Shown: one piece after another, positions 18,905 through 28,427 of the stretch | Numbering within the stretch: the first letter of the stretch is position 1 | Layout of the letters: the number at the start of each line of letters is the position of its first letter | IMG/VR virus record: IMGVR_UViG_3300032782_000007 | Coordinates: 1 to 64,000 of that record | Origin: a virus | Strand: one strand, 5' to 3' | Length of the DNA stretch: 64,000 nucleotides | Program-made: the position numbers and the translations under genes | The notes under the pieces: generated by a model | What the model saw: the letters and a program-made list of their open reading frames with translations, nothing else | Told to the model about the DNA's origin: nothing | The model's database searches: none

Positions 18905-19287
18905 AGAACAAGCTGACCGGAGAGCTACAGAAGATGCGCGAGATGACCGATCTCATCGAGGAGGCACGCAAGCGTGGCCCGATGAGCGACGCAGAGCGCC
19001 GTGAGCAAGCGGCATCGTTCGCGTTCGGAAATCTCGCGCTCACCTCCCAGTGGAGGGACGCAACGCACGAGGAGTTGAAAGTACTTCGTGAGCGCTGCCG
19101 TCGGGCCGCGGGGTGCGAAGGAACCGCCTGTAAGCTGCCTCCTGCGGGTTGGCGGTGTTCGCGCGAGCCAGGCCACGAGGGTCCGTGTGCGGCCCGTCCT
19201 GGTTCTGCGTCCGAACCAAGCAGCGCGCCCACGCACCCGCCGTCGGACGGTCCGAACGGGTTTCGTGGTTGTCAGCGCTGCGAATGA
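18901..19287 (+). CDS. Hypothetical protein with a Cys/His motif
   Basis: CKLPPAGWRCSREPGHEGPCAA; ATGA overlap with the upstream gene. Confidence 0.6.
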   Translation: MKNKLTGELQKMREMTDLIEEARKRGPMSDAERREQAASFAFGNLALTSQWRDATHEELKVLRERCRRAAGCEGTACKLPPAGWRCSREPGHEGPCAARPGSASEPSSAPTHPPSDGPNGFRGCQRCE

Positions 19288-19873
19288 GGGGATCCATGAC
19301 TACGCGTTGTGTCCGTAAAGGCGAAGAAGCCGCGAATATGGAGCGGGCCGCGACAGAGGCGCGCAAAGAAGAGCGACGGATGGTGGTGAACTTCCTCTAT
19401 TCGTTCAATGCGCCTGAACTGGCCGAACGGATTGCGGCGGGCGAGCATACGGACGAACTAGACCCGAGGTAGATCATGTGGAATCCATTTCGAGTCAACG
19501 CGCCTCCTCCGCCCGAGCCGTCTGAGCCGGCGCCCCCGCCTCCTCCTCCGCCTCCTCCGTTCAATGCAAAGAGCAAGTGTCCGAAGTGCGGTAGCGGAAG
19601 CGGTTACACACGCTTCGTTGAAAGCAAAAACTTGATGAACAGGGTGTGCATGGATTGCACCGCCCACTGGTGGGAAACGCCGCTCGATCGCGCCACCTAG
19701 GAAGAACGCACATGGACGCAAAAACCGGACAAATCTATCTCAACGTAAGCAAAGAAGAGGCCAAGAAGAGAGGCCTGGTCCCGATTCCCGCCGATCAAGC
19801 GGAGAAGGTGATCAACATGAATCGGCGCGAGCGTCGAGCGTGGGCGGCGCAGCAGCGTCGGGCGAAGAAGTAG
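19284..19873 (+). other. Three small hypothetical ORFs (19284-19472, 19476-19700 Pro-rich Zn ribbon, 19712-19873 basic)
   Basis: Tightly tiled ORFs; CPKC...CMDC in the second. Confidence 0.55.
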
Positions 19874-19879
19874 GCTCCG

Positions 19880-20164
19880 ATGGGTGCAAGTTTCTTCTCC
19901 GAAAGAGGACTGGGCAAGACGGCTGAGATCGCGTTCGAGCAGCTTGTTGAAGAGGCTCGGTTCGATTTCGGACACGCAGGGTATACAGGCACGATCGCGG
20001 AGAAAACCGAGTTCAAGATGATCGAGTGCCCCAAAGGGTGGGACCCCGAGGACTGGATCGAGGAGGACGAGGCACTGGCGCAGGTCGAGGACAAGTGGGG
20101 CCCTGCCGGTTGTATCGATCTCGGCGGCGGGGAATGGCTTTTCTTTGGGTTCGCGTCCTCGTAA
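19880..20164 (+). CDS. Acidic hypothetical phage protein
   Basis: GHAGYTGTIAEK...DKWGPAGCI...WLFFGFASS. Confidence 0.7.
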   Translation: MGASFFSERGLGKTAEIAFEQLVEEARFDFGHAGYTGTIAEKTEFKMIECPKGWDPEDWIEEDEALAQVEDKWGPAGCIDLGGGEWLFFGFASS

Positions 20165-20177
20165 GCTTAGAAGCAGA

Positions 20178-22620
20178 ATGAATGAGGATTGCAAACACGC
20201 ACGCGTAGCGCCAGAAGTGTGCGATCAGACTCTCGGCGTGTACTGCCTGGACTGCAACGAGGGGCTTGTCGTGTGCTGGATGAAAGAGCATATTCCCGAG
20301 TCGCTGTGGAATCGTGCGTGTACGAACGACGTAGACGCGGTTCCGTGCGAGCGTGACCGGGACAATTACTGCGCTATCTGCGGGGAAGAGTTCTCCTTAT
20401 GAGCAGGAAACCCGATCCCCAAAAGGCCCCTGCGTTCGTCTCATGCTCCTGTTACGAGGAACGAGGAGAGCGCGTTGAGTGCCAGTCCTGCTACGAGGAG
20501 CGGCAGCTCGAGGCAGAGTCATACACAGAGGAGCTGGACGAAGACCAGCGCACCCCGGAGGTTCGCATAGAGAAGGTGCTCGCCTGGGCAGGCTTTCGCA
20601 GCACCGAAACGAACCACGAAGCGATACAGAAGGTGGCGCGGGCGATCCATGACGACGCCTACCGGGCGGGCCAGCACTCGCGCCGGCGCCGAGCGACGAA
20701 CCGAAGCTCTCCGTACCAACCGAAAAAGCTGCCACGGATCTAAAGGTCCGGAGAACCCGCCGCGCGATGCATCCCTATCGAGAGCTTCCGCCGACCCACC
20801 TCTACCTGGTGAGTTACAAACGAAGTCTTTCGTTTGCAGCTCCGTACAACGTGATGCGATGCGAGAGACTTGTCTGGGCTCGAGACGACCCTGATGCTCT
20901 AACGCAAGTCATCGCAGATGGCGCGGAAGACGTCAGCTGCGTGACTGTCAGGAAAATGCGATGAAGTATGACGTACCGCGAGACAAAAATGGGGTCAAGC
21001 TTGAGGTGGGGGATCGCGTTGAGGACGTGAACGACGCGTGGCCGCACCGGACCAGATACGGAACGATCCTTCTCGTCTACGAGGACTGCGCCGGAGTAAT
21101 CGACTGTCGGGTTCTTTGGGACGAGGCCGCTGAGTACACGCCGATTCACGGAAGTGCTGTTAGGAGACTGCCTCCGCCAAATCGCTTGATTCGGACGCTC
21201 GCGCGGATCGGACTTGTGACGGTCCGGAGTAACCGGACGGTACGTTGGCCCTTTTACGTAGCCCCGCGCTGGATGTGGGGTCCTTTGTGGCGTCTAGAAC
21301 CGGTGTTCGGACTCTTCCGTAACAGGCCGGACGTCATGAAATGGATTCCTGGGCGTCTTCTCCCGCTCCGATGGGGATTCCGGTGCTGGATCTTCGAGGT
21401 GGGGGATCGAGGGTCGGCTCAGTGGTCGCGTCGGGATCAACGGCTCGTGATCTGATAAAATGTTACCGATGAACGACGACTACGAGGATCCACAGGCCTG
21501 TAGTGATCCCTCGATGATCCTGACGCCCGAAGAGTGTCTGGCACTAATCGAGTCGCGCCCAGCAGCATCGCGCGCTCTAGGCCGTTACGAGGGGTTCGCG
21601 ATGGCCTCGGGGCTTATAGGGATGGCTCTGGCGATCCGGGAGCTGTACACGTGGGCCGACGATCCGAGCGCGGACGCCCCGTGTCCGGACTGTCACGCGC
21701 CCGAGGGTAAGGCCTGTCGCAATTGGTGTACGTTCACAGGGTGACCCATGCAGGTAGAGATGTCGCTGGCAGAGCTACTGATGAACGCCATTGGTGCGGG
21801 CCACGTACACGGCGTGCAGTTCAAGCGCGGGGCCAGCGACGACAGGAAGACCTTCGAGGACCTGCAGCGGGTGATCAGCAAACGTCTCGACGGGGCACGA
21901 ACGGTCGCAGTCGAGGAGGCGCTTCGCGAGCTACACGAGAAGCATCCCCCGTTTCGACTGCTCGCGGAGGTTCGCCGCCTACGTAAGGCGCTTCTCCAAA
22001 TCCCGACAGGCCTAGCGTGCCGGCTTTGCGGAAGGATGCCTACTCATGCAGTCACGCTCTGCGAGAGCCGCATGCTCTGCGAGAGCTGCATCGACGATTT
22101 GACTGAGATCGGAAGTGGCGGCAAGTGACAATCGGCCGCCAACTGTGGTAACGAAAGAAGGATGTTCGATCCGACAATCGAGGCCGCGCTGCATAAGCTC
22201 TACGAGAAGGTTGTTCTCACGGACGAAGACTGGGAACGGCTTGGAGTGGAGATGCGTACTGAGGGCGCAGGCGCAGTATCCGCGCGCATTGACCGACTTG
22301 TGACGGCGTTCACGGCTGTCAATGCGCCTCCGATTCCGGGCCTAAAGCCCTCTTTAGCCGCGGTTATCGAGTATGACCGCGTGACTCGGCTGGAAGCCCA
22401 AACGGCTGTCTATAAGAGCGAGAAACAAGCGTTCGAAGACTGGTCGAACACATTCCAGAATGAGAACGTAATCGACGCTCCCTGGGAAGCCAACCGGATG
22501 GGATTGTTGATTGCGTGGCAGCTTTCGCGTCTCAACAAGAACCTCGAAGATCTCAAGAACATACTCGATCTCCGCTGGGAAGCTAACCGGATGCTCGAGA
22601 TCATGCGAGAGCCGAAATGA
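20178..22620 (+). other. Run of small hypothetical ORFs (20178-20402, 20399-20743, 20767-20964, 20961-21455, 21460-21744, 21748-22128, 22162-22620)
   Basis: Tiled or overlapping ORFs, several with CxxC pairs; no function recognised. Confidence 0.55.
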
Positions 22621-22985
22621 GCGCCGGACGGCCTTCTATGGGCGAGCGCGCCTTTCGCGCAACTATCGTGGTTCCAGTACGATACGAACAGCGCGAACGA
22701 GCGATGGCTTTGGCGGCCACTCACGGGCTCTCTGTGGCGCAGGTAATGCGAATTGCCCTTGAGACACTGACCGAGCAGAAATTGGAACAAGCGCTGAAGA
22801 CTTTCTCCGCGGCGGAGAAACTTAGGCGATCCGATGAGCGATCGAAAACTGTATCTGTTCGAGAGCGGGAATCCCGACTGGGTCGTCGCGTACGACGTCG
22901 AAGACGCTCGCAACCTCTACTGCGCGCACCTCGGCGAGGACGTCGACGACTACGACGTTCACGAGTGGAAGCAGCTCGCGGATGA
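22617..22985 (+). CDS. Probable ribbon-helix-helix (CopG-like) regulator
   Basis: GRP...TIVVPVRYEQRERAMALAATHGLSVAQVMRIAL; 3' tail overlaps the next gene. Confidence 0.6.
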   Translation: MSAGRPSMGERAFRATIVVPVRYEQRERAMALAATHGLSVAQVMRIALETLTEQKLEQALKTFSAAEKLRRSDERSKTVSVRERESRLGRRVRRRRRSQPLLRAPRRGRRRLRRSRVEAARG

Positions 22986-23121
22986 TAAGGCCGCCCTGTA
23001 CTGGTTGGATCCGGAGACGGGAACGCTTACCGACGAGTATGACGGGGTCCTCACCACGTTGACCGCGCGCGAGGTGGTTGAACGATTCGGGCGCGGCTTC
23101 GTGGCGTCGGTAGACTTCTAA
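22834..23121 (+). CDS. Small acidic hypothetical protein
   Basis: 95 aa, rich in D/E and aromatic residues. Confidence 0.7.
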   Translation: MSDRKLYLFESGNPDWVVAYDVEDARNLYCAHLGEDVDDYDVHEWKQLADDKAALYWLDPETGTLTDEYDGVLTTLTAREVVERFGRGFVASVDF

Positions 23122-23124
23122 GAG

Positions 23125-23153
23125 TTGACACTCCGTGCGGGCGCTGGTAGAAC
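23125..23153 (+). promoter_or_regulatory. Sigma70 promoter
   Basis: TTGACA-17-TAGAAC with an extended TG. Confidence 0.7.
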
Positions 23154-23159
23154 CGATTA

Positions 23160-23325
23160 TGGGATTCTTGGGTCCCTGAGAGGGTTTGGGCGCGCCATCA
23201 CCGCGTCTGAGACGCCTTCCGAAGCGGGTTGATGCTCGTGCCGGGACCAAGAAGGACCTGTTTCTTTTGGTGGCGCTGCCAGGATCGGGTGATGGCCGAG
23301 CTGGTGGTGCCCGAAAGAAGCACGA
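23160..23325 (+). ncRNA. Candidate structured 5' leader RNA
   Basis: Stems 23165-76/23243-53, 23194-202/23288-96 (alternative 23192-200/23268-76), hairpins 23203-15 and 23307-23. Confidence 0.5.
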
Positions 23326-24003
23326 ATGGTCAACAAGAAGAAAAAGAAGGCCCGCGATCTGTCTAAAAAGTCCGGGATGTCCTACCAGGCGGCGGTGAAT
23401 GCCTTGGACGCGAAGTCCCCGGCAAGGGAACCGAACCCTCCGATCTCGGCGGCCATACCCATTTTGTGGGGGCCTCCGCTTCCACACGAAGAACTGGAGA
23501 GACGAGCGCTCGATCTTCGAACGTTAGATGAGGTCTTGGCTGACGAAGATAATATCATCGAACAGCGCCGTCCAGGCGCTAGAGCCGACGTCGAGGGGGG
23601 TGCGCTGCGGTTGGCCTCAGATATTGGAAAAGCATGGGATGAGCGGCACGTCCGGAAGCTTCGCGCAGAAGTGCTCCAAGGGGAAAAGGCACTAGAGTTG
23701 GTATGCCACGGTCGGCCCACCAGCACGCTAGTCGCGACCTTTTTCCGAGGCTCGGCTCGCGATCCTCTTCTTCTCCAGGACGAAAAGCGAACCTACGTCG
23801 CCCTGGAAGTCCTTCCAGAAATGCTGAGGCGCGCTGTAGAGAGCGAGATCGGTTCGCAGAGACGTAGCCGCGAAGATCGAACACTTCAGTGGGTGGAGAA
23901 AGAACTACTAGGGCGCCAGCTCATACTTCCAGAGGTGGAAGTAGGAAATCTCGAGAAGGCCGTACCGACGTACCTTTCGGCCTGGGCGAAAGACCCGGAG
24001 TAG
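23326..24003 (+). CDS. Hypothetical protein with a basic N-terminal helical domain
   Basis: MVNKKKKKARDLSKKSGMSYQAAVNAL. Confidence 0.7.
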   Translation: MVNKKKKKARDLSKKSGMSYQAAVNALDAKSPAREPNPPISAAIPILWGPPLPHEELERRALDLRTLDEVLADEDNIIEQRRPGARADVEGGALRLASDIGKAWDERHVRKLRAEVLQGEKALELVCHGRPTSTLVATFFRGSARDPLLLQDEKRTYVALEVLPEMLRRAVESEIGSQRRSREDRTLQWVEKELLGRQLILPEVEVGNLEKAVPTYLSAWAKDPE

Positions 24004-24050
24004 GCGGCCTTGCGTTGCAAAGCCAGTTTCATGCGTGATACACTCGACGC

Positions 24051-24437
24051 ATGTCTCGAGAAATCCGTTTGGAACTGGTTTTGCGCGCTCGAACCGAGGA
24101 GGGCAAGCCTCTAACGGTTGCTGAGGCCGCGCTCCCTCTGACCCTGCGCGCGCCACAAGCAGGCCCTGCGCAGACGAAGGGCGACGGTGAAGCGGATTTG
24201 GCCGGCGCGATCGAGGCTGCGCTCGCAGAGGTTTCTGCGGCGGCTCTTGCGGGACCGTTGATTCGCAGTCTCCGTGTGAATGGGGGCGCGAGCGAGATCA
24301 CGCGTAGTGGGCGAACGGTTTTCTACGTCGACGTGGGAGACATGGAGCCTGGCGAGGCGTCCCGTTACGTCGAGAGTGTCAGGGACGCGCTTGTTCTGCG
24401 CGACGGTGAGGTCATTCAAGCAACGAGGTCCAAGTGA
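24051..24437 (+). CDS. Small protein carrying a portal-like motif
   Basis: RTVFYVDVGDMEPGEASRYVESVRD is 11/25 identical to portal RFAYYVDTGNLPPAEALAYLNRVRQ; TTGCAA-18-TACACT lies 6 nt upstream. Confidence 0.7.
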   Translation: MSREIRLELVLRARTEEGKPLTVAEAALPLTLRAPQAGPAQTKGDGEADLAGAIEAALAEVSAAALAGPLIRSLRVNGGASEITRSGRTVFYVDVGDMEPGEASRYVESVRDALVLRDGEVIQATRSK

Positions 24438-24784
24438 GCAAGATTATCCGTACGTATCGTCTTCCGCTCCCCGTGTTCAAGCAGGGCGACGATCTTGCGT
24501 ACAAGATCAAGGTCAACAATGGCAACCTGGCAGAAGCCTTTCGAGATCAGGCGGACGCTTACCAGGACGCCTCGGAGATCTGTCGTAAGCTCGCAGGGGT
24601 GTGCGCGGAGACACCGGGCATGGATGTGATCGCGGACTGCCACATGGTTCAGATCGACGGGCCTCCGGAGACGCTGGCGGTGCTCGCAAAAGACGGCTTC
24701 GTTGAGATTGAGGAGTTCGACGATGACTGGGACGAGGATTCTGAGGACGGTCTGGATCCTGATGACGACGGGCTCGACGTCTGA
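24434..24784 (+). CDS. Hypothetical protein with a highly acidic tail
   Basis: Ends EEFDDDWDEDSEDGLDPDDDGLDV. Confidence 0.7.
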   Translation: MSKIIRTYRLPLPVFKQGDDLAYKIKVNNGNLAEAFRDQADAYQDASEICRKLAGVCAETPGMDVIADCHMVQIDGPPETLAVLAKDGFVEIEEFDDDWDEDSEDGLDPDDDGLDV

Positions 24785-25029
24785 TGAAGCAGTGCGAGTG
24801 GTTTACTAGTCCCACGGATCGCTGCCCGAATCCCGCAGTAGAACGCTGGTCGCGGAAGGGCGATCTGGACTCGGTGGTGGCCGCGGAGAAGCACTGGTGC
24901 GGCGATCACAGTCTGGACTCGAAAGCTCGTGCGGAGTGGTGGGAGCGCGTGAGTACGCTTGCGATCGGACATCTTGCGAATCGGTCGCAGGTGCTGACGA
25001 ACTTCGATGTTCAGGCCATCGACGAGTAA
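24784..25029 (+). CDS. Small Cys/His hypothetical protein
   Basis: C..C...WCGDH; TGATG overlap. Confidence 0.55.
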   Translation: MKQCEWFTSPTDRCPNPAVERWSRKGDLDSVVAAEKHWCGDHSLDSKARAEWWERVSTLAIGHLANRSQVLTNFDVQAIDE

Positions 25030-25055
25030 GCGGTTATCTGGTAGGTTAGGCGTGA

Positions 25056-25832
25056 ATGTCTGAGGGAATTCTCGATGTTTTGCAGGAGCTGAAACAGCTC
25101 GGGGCGATTGGCCCTGCGCCCGCGCCCTCGCCTGCGCCGATCCCGCCTTCGCCGCCTTCGCCGCCAGAGCCGCCGAAAGAAGATACACGCGGTCCGCACA
25201 TGATCGAGCTGTGCGAACGGGCGATGGCGACCCTTCAGAAAATGGGGCGCGCGCAGGAAGAGGGTCAACGAGATCTCTTTGCGGTATTCGAGGAGATGCG
25301 CGATCTCTGGGCGGACATCGCAACGGCCGCGCCGACTGAAACGGTTACCGTGGACGTCGAGGAGTCGAAGGCGAAAGGTCCGCACGGACTTTCACCGCCA
25401 GTTGAAACCTCGGCGACGGAGATCGCGATCCCGGTTGTAGAGGGACCGATCGAGGTTCCCCAGCAAATCGAGCAGGTCATGCGCGGGCTCGCGCCCGAGG
25501 TGTCTGCGATCGACGAGCTTCTGGTGAAGATGCAGCAAGAGGGGCACAAGTTCCCTCGTTTGGAGACAATCGAAGATGACGAAGAGCTTTATCCGGAACC
25601 CGGCAGTGTCGGAGGTGGTACTCCCTGGCGTGGGGAAAGTCCGCAACCAGGTCCTAACGGGCCAGCAGTACGAGAAGTACGTGCCGAAGTTCCTCATCGA
25701 GGTCCCGGAGTCTCAGGCGACTCCGTTGGAGCAGACAGCGCCCTCGCACGCGCCGCAGCCGCTCACCGAGCCCGCACCGATGCCCCAGCCGCTCCCGGAG
25801 GAGCAGCGGAAGAAACCGGAACCGCTCACTGA
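25056..25832 (+). CDS. Pro-rich acidic hypothetical protein
   Basis: -10-like TAGGTT 8 nt upstream; the 3' part overlaps the next ORF. Confidence 0.55.
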   Translation: MSEGILDVLQELKQLGAIGPAPAPSPAPIPPSPPSPPEPPKEDTRGPHMIELCERAMATLQKMGRAQEEGQRDLFAVFEEMRDLWADIATAAPTETVTVDVEESKAKGPHGLSPPVETSATEIAIPVVEGPIEVPQQIEQVMRGLAPEVSAIDELLVKMQQEGHKFPRLETIEDDEELYPEPGSVGGGTPWRGESPQPGPNGPAVREVRAEVPHRGPGVSGDSVGADSALARAAAAHRARTDAPAAPGGAAEETGTAH

Positions 25833-26013
25833 GGTGATGCCGCTAGGCGACCCGCCCGGGCCAGAACCGCTCGTCGAAGGGTGGACCGATCGCGGATTCG
25901 GCGCGCTTCCCCCGGAGGCAGCGCCAGACGCTGTCAGCTTGGAAAGCAAAGCGGTATCCGAGTCGAAGGGTGCCGACAAGGCGAAGTCCAAGTCAAAGGG
26001 CAAAGGGGCCTGA
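25576..26013 (+). CDS. Hypothetical protein (small N-domain plus low-complexity tail)
   Basis: GGAG RBS; repeated PLTE/PLVE/PLEQ. Confidence 0.6.
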   Translation: MTKSFIRNPAVSEVVLPGVGKVRNQVLTGQQYEKYVPKFLIEVPESQATPLEQTAPSHAPQPLTEPAPMPQPLPEEQRKKPEPLTEVMPLGDPPGPEPLVEGWTDRGFGALPPEAAPDAVSLESKAVSESKGADKAKSKSKGKGA

Positions 26014-26191
26014 TGTTTCGACGCGAAGACGATTTCATCTGCGGGAAGTTTACACCGGAGACTGCGGACACTCCGGACTTGGCGTTGCGGCTTGTACGGC
26101 CGATCGCGTACTTTACCGCTCTAGGCTTGACGGGGACGAGGGTGTTCGGGCTCGAGTCCATGTCTGCCGAACCTACTGACGTTGCGGAGTA

Positions 26192-26515
26192 ATGAGCCGT
26201 CCCAAAAATGGCATGTCCCCTATCCACCCAGGGGAACTGCTTCGAGAGGACTTCCTCGTCCCCCTCAACCTGAGCGCGAGGAGACTCGCGCTCGCGCTCG
26301 GGGTCCCACCGAACCGCGTCACCTCGATTCTAAACGAGGAGCGCGACATTACGGCCGACACGGCCCTCCGCCTCGCTCGCGTCCTCGGCACCTCGGCTGA
26401 ATTCTGGATGAACCTACAGAAGACGTTCGAGCTTCGCACCGCGGAGCGTGTCCTCGCAAGGAAGTTGACGAAACTCAAGCCATTAAGTTTGCTGTCCATG
26501 CATTCAAAGGGATAG
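26192..26515 (+). CDS. higA: HigA-family antitoxin (orphan)
   Basis: PIHPGELLREDFL...ITADTALRLARVLGTSAEFWMNLQ. Confidence 0.92.
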   Translation: MSRPKNGMSPIHPGELLREDFLVPLNLSARRLALALGVPPNRVTSILNEERDITADTALRLARVLGTSAEFWMNLQKTFELRTAERVLARKLTKLKPLSLLSMHSKG

Positions 26516-26519
26516 AACG

Positions 26520-26855
26520 ATGCCGCACTACGCAGATGGAACTCCCGCCAAGGTTGGCGATCAGGTTTTCGGACAGTTCTTCAACACGCCTGGTGTTCGA
26601 GCGGGGACGATTATCTCGATCACGCCTGGACACGAGCAGTGCAACGCGATGATTCAGTTCACCGAAGCTGTGATGTGCCCTGAGGGCGGCAGCATCGACC
26701 ACACGATGTTTCCACGAATGGCGATTCGTGACGATCTTGGAGTGCCTCTCCAACGAGTGGTGCGAGGAGAGGCGCACGGAGCTTCAGGGCCGACGTACGC
26801 TCTATTTGCCTGCGCCGACTACTGCGACACGAACAAGCTGACTCGACTCGCCTAA
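26520..26855 (+). CDS. Hypothetical protein
   Basis: MPHYADGTPAKVGD; tiled with neighbours. Confidence 0.65.
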   Translation: MPHYADGTPAKVGDQVFGQFFNTPGVRAGTIISITPGHEQCNAMIQFTEAVMCPEGGSIDHTMFPRMAIRDDLGVPLQRVVRGEAHGASGPTYALFACADYCDTNKLTRLA

Positions 26856-27040
26856 TGTGCGAGGAGGTCGGATGCGCACTTGAGGCGTATCGCACGCTGC
26901 GAACACAACTCCGGGAGTTGCTTGCGGATGGCGGAGCAGATTCCGAGGCCGAAGAAGATCTGTTGAATCAGCTGGATATCGCCTGGTGGGCGATGACTAT
27001 CCAGAACCGAGAACTGCTAGAAAAAGAGGCCCCGGTCTAA
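26855..27040 (+). CDS. Small hypothetical protein
   Basis: TAATG overlap. Confidence 0.5.
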   Translation: MCEEVGCALEAYRTLRTQLRELLADGGADSEAEEDLLNQLDIAWWAMTIQNRELLEKEAPV

Positions 27041-27093
27041 ACAGATCGGCCGAGGTTGGGGCGTATTTCGCGGTACCCTAAAGGGAGCCGAAT

Positions 27094-27828
27094 ATGCCCA
27101 CCTCGCAAAACAGTTTGATGACGGCGGAGCAGATCCAGCAGTGGGTGCTTCGACGCCTCGGCGGCTCGTTTCTCAAGGTAGAACTATCCCAGGACGAGCT
27201 GGACGACGCCATTGAAGGCGCCCGTAGATGGTTCAGCGCGCGAAAAGGCGTGAAGAGGCAGGCGTACGTGCCGTTTTACTCCGGCCAGACCACGTACACT
27301 CTCGACCCTCAAATAGACGTAGTGCTCGACGTGAGCTTCCCGGTTCCGTCGATGGACATCTCGCTCATCTTCTCTCCGTACATCCTGCAGGACGAGAAGA
27401 TCCCGTACGACGTCTTCGCGGCGCCGTCCTCGATGGGTCTCTACTCGACGTACACGCAGACCATGCAGTACATCGACGAGGCCAAGCGGATCCTCAACGC
27501 AGAGCCTGATTGGCGGCAGGAGGATCGCACTCTGTACATTTTCCCGATCCCCAAGACGAACGGGAACATGCTTCTCGACTACAAGAGCTTCGATTTCACG
27601 ATCGAGCAGCTAAGCGAACGCGATCACGACCTTGTAAAGCGCTACGCGCTAGCATGGGCCAAACGGGACGTGGGTCGTATCCGCAGCAGGTACGCGAGTT
27701 ATCCCGGCGCACAGGGCCAGACCGAATTGGACGGGGATAAGCTCCTCGAAGAGGCAAAAGAGGAGATGGAGCTGCTCGACAAGGAGATCGCGTGGAGCGC
27801 GATGCCGAGCGGGTTCCTCACGGGCTAA
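27094..27828 (+). CDS. Neck protein, T4 gp13-like
   Basis: RLGGSFLKVELSQDELDDAI; YALAWAKRDVGRIRSRY..PG...LDGDKLLEEA. Confidence 0.85.
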   Translation: MPTSQNSLMTAEQIQQWVLRRLGGSFLKVELSQDELDDAIEGARRWFSARKGVKRQAYVPFYSGQTTYTLDPQIDVVLDVSFPVPSMDISLIFSPYILQDEKIPYDVFAAPSSMGLYSTYTQTMQYIDEAKRILNAEPDWRQEDRTLYIFPIPKTNGNMLLDYKSFDFTIEQLSERDHDLVKRYALAWAKRDVGRIRSRYASYPGAQGQTELDGDKLLEEAKEEMELLDKEIAWSAMPSGFLTG

Positions 27829-28427
27829 TGCCGCGCAAGATCACCCCCATCAAGCCGCCTAGGATCCCACAACCGTCGGATCCCACGGACGGCAAACCTC
27901 TTTTCCGGCTGGATGCGTCGGAGGCCTTCATGTTCGACCTCTACGCGCAGGAGCCGATTCAGATCGCAGGAACGGATTGCACGCTGTTTCAGCGAAGCCG
28001 GACAAAGTCGACTATCGACCCCTACTACCGTGAGCCAGTCTCGCTGGTATTCGACGGGCCCTTTGCACTCCGCGCGCATGTCGAGTGGCCCGAAGAGAAT
28101 CCAGAGGCGTCCGAGGAAGGCCTTAGGCACGTCTGGCCGAGCGCGATCTGGGTACCTAGGAAGACAATCGAAGACGTCCGGGCCAACCAGCCCACCGAGG
28201 GGGACATTGTTCACTTCTGGCGGCTCCCCTTTTTCGACAAGAACGCGGTTCAGCAGCTCCAGACGAAAACCGGCGGGTTCTTCTTCGACGTGATCAAAGT
28301 CAACGATGACGGTCACATCCATGATACTGCTCACTTTGTCGGGTTTCGGTGCAGCCTGAAGCGTCGTTCGAACGCTCCGCCCGAGTTGAACTTCAACATC
28401 CCAAAGCCGGAAGACGATGCCTGCTGA
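27828..28427 (+). CDS. Head-tail connector, T4 gp14-like
   Basis: DPYYREP, PTEGDIV; follows the gp13-like gene. Confidence 0.65.
   Translation: MPRKITPIKPPRIPQPSDPTDGKPLFRLDASEAFMFDLYAQEPIQIAGTDCTLFQRSRTKSTIDPYYREPVSLVFDGPFALRAHVEWPEENPEASEEGLRHVWPSAIWVPRKTIEDVRANQPTEGDIVHFWRLPFFDKNAVQQLQTKTGGFFFDVIKVNDDGHIHDTAHFVGFRCSLKRRSNAPPELNFNIPKPEDDAC

Noticed and set aside
23172-23215. TPP riboswitch suggested by CTGAGA
   Set aside because: The remaining conserved TPP elements are missing; kept as an unclassified RNA candidate
26013-26192. Possible higB toxin upstream of higA
   Set aside because: No RelE/HigB motifs seen in the translated frames
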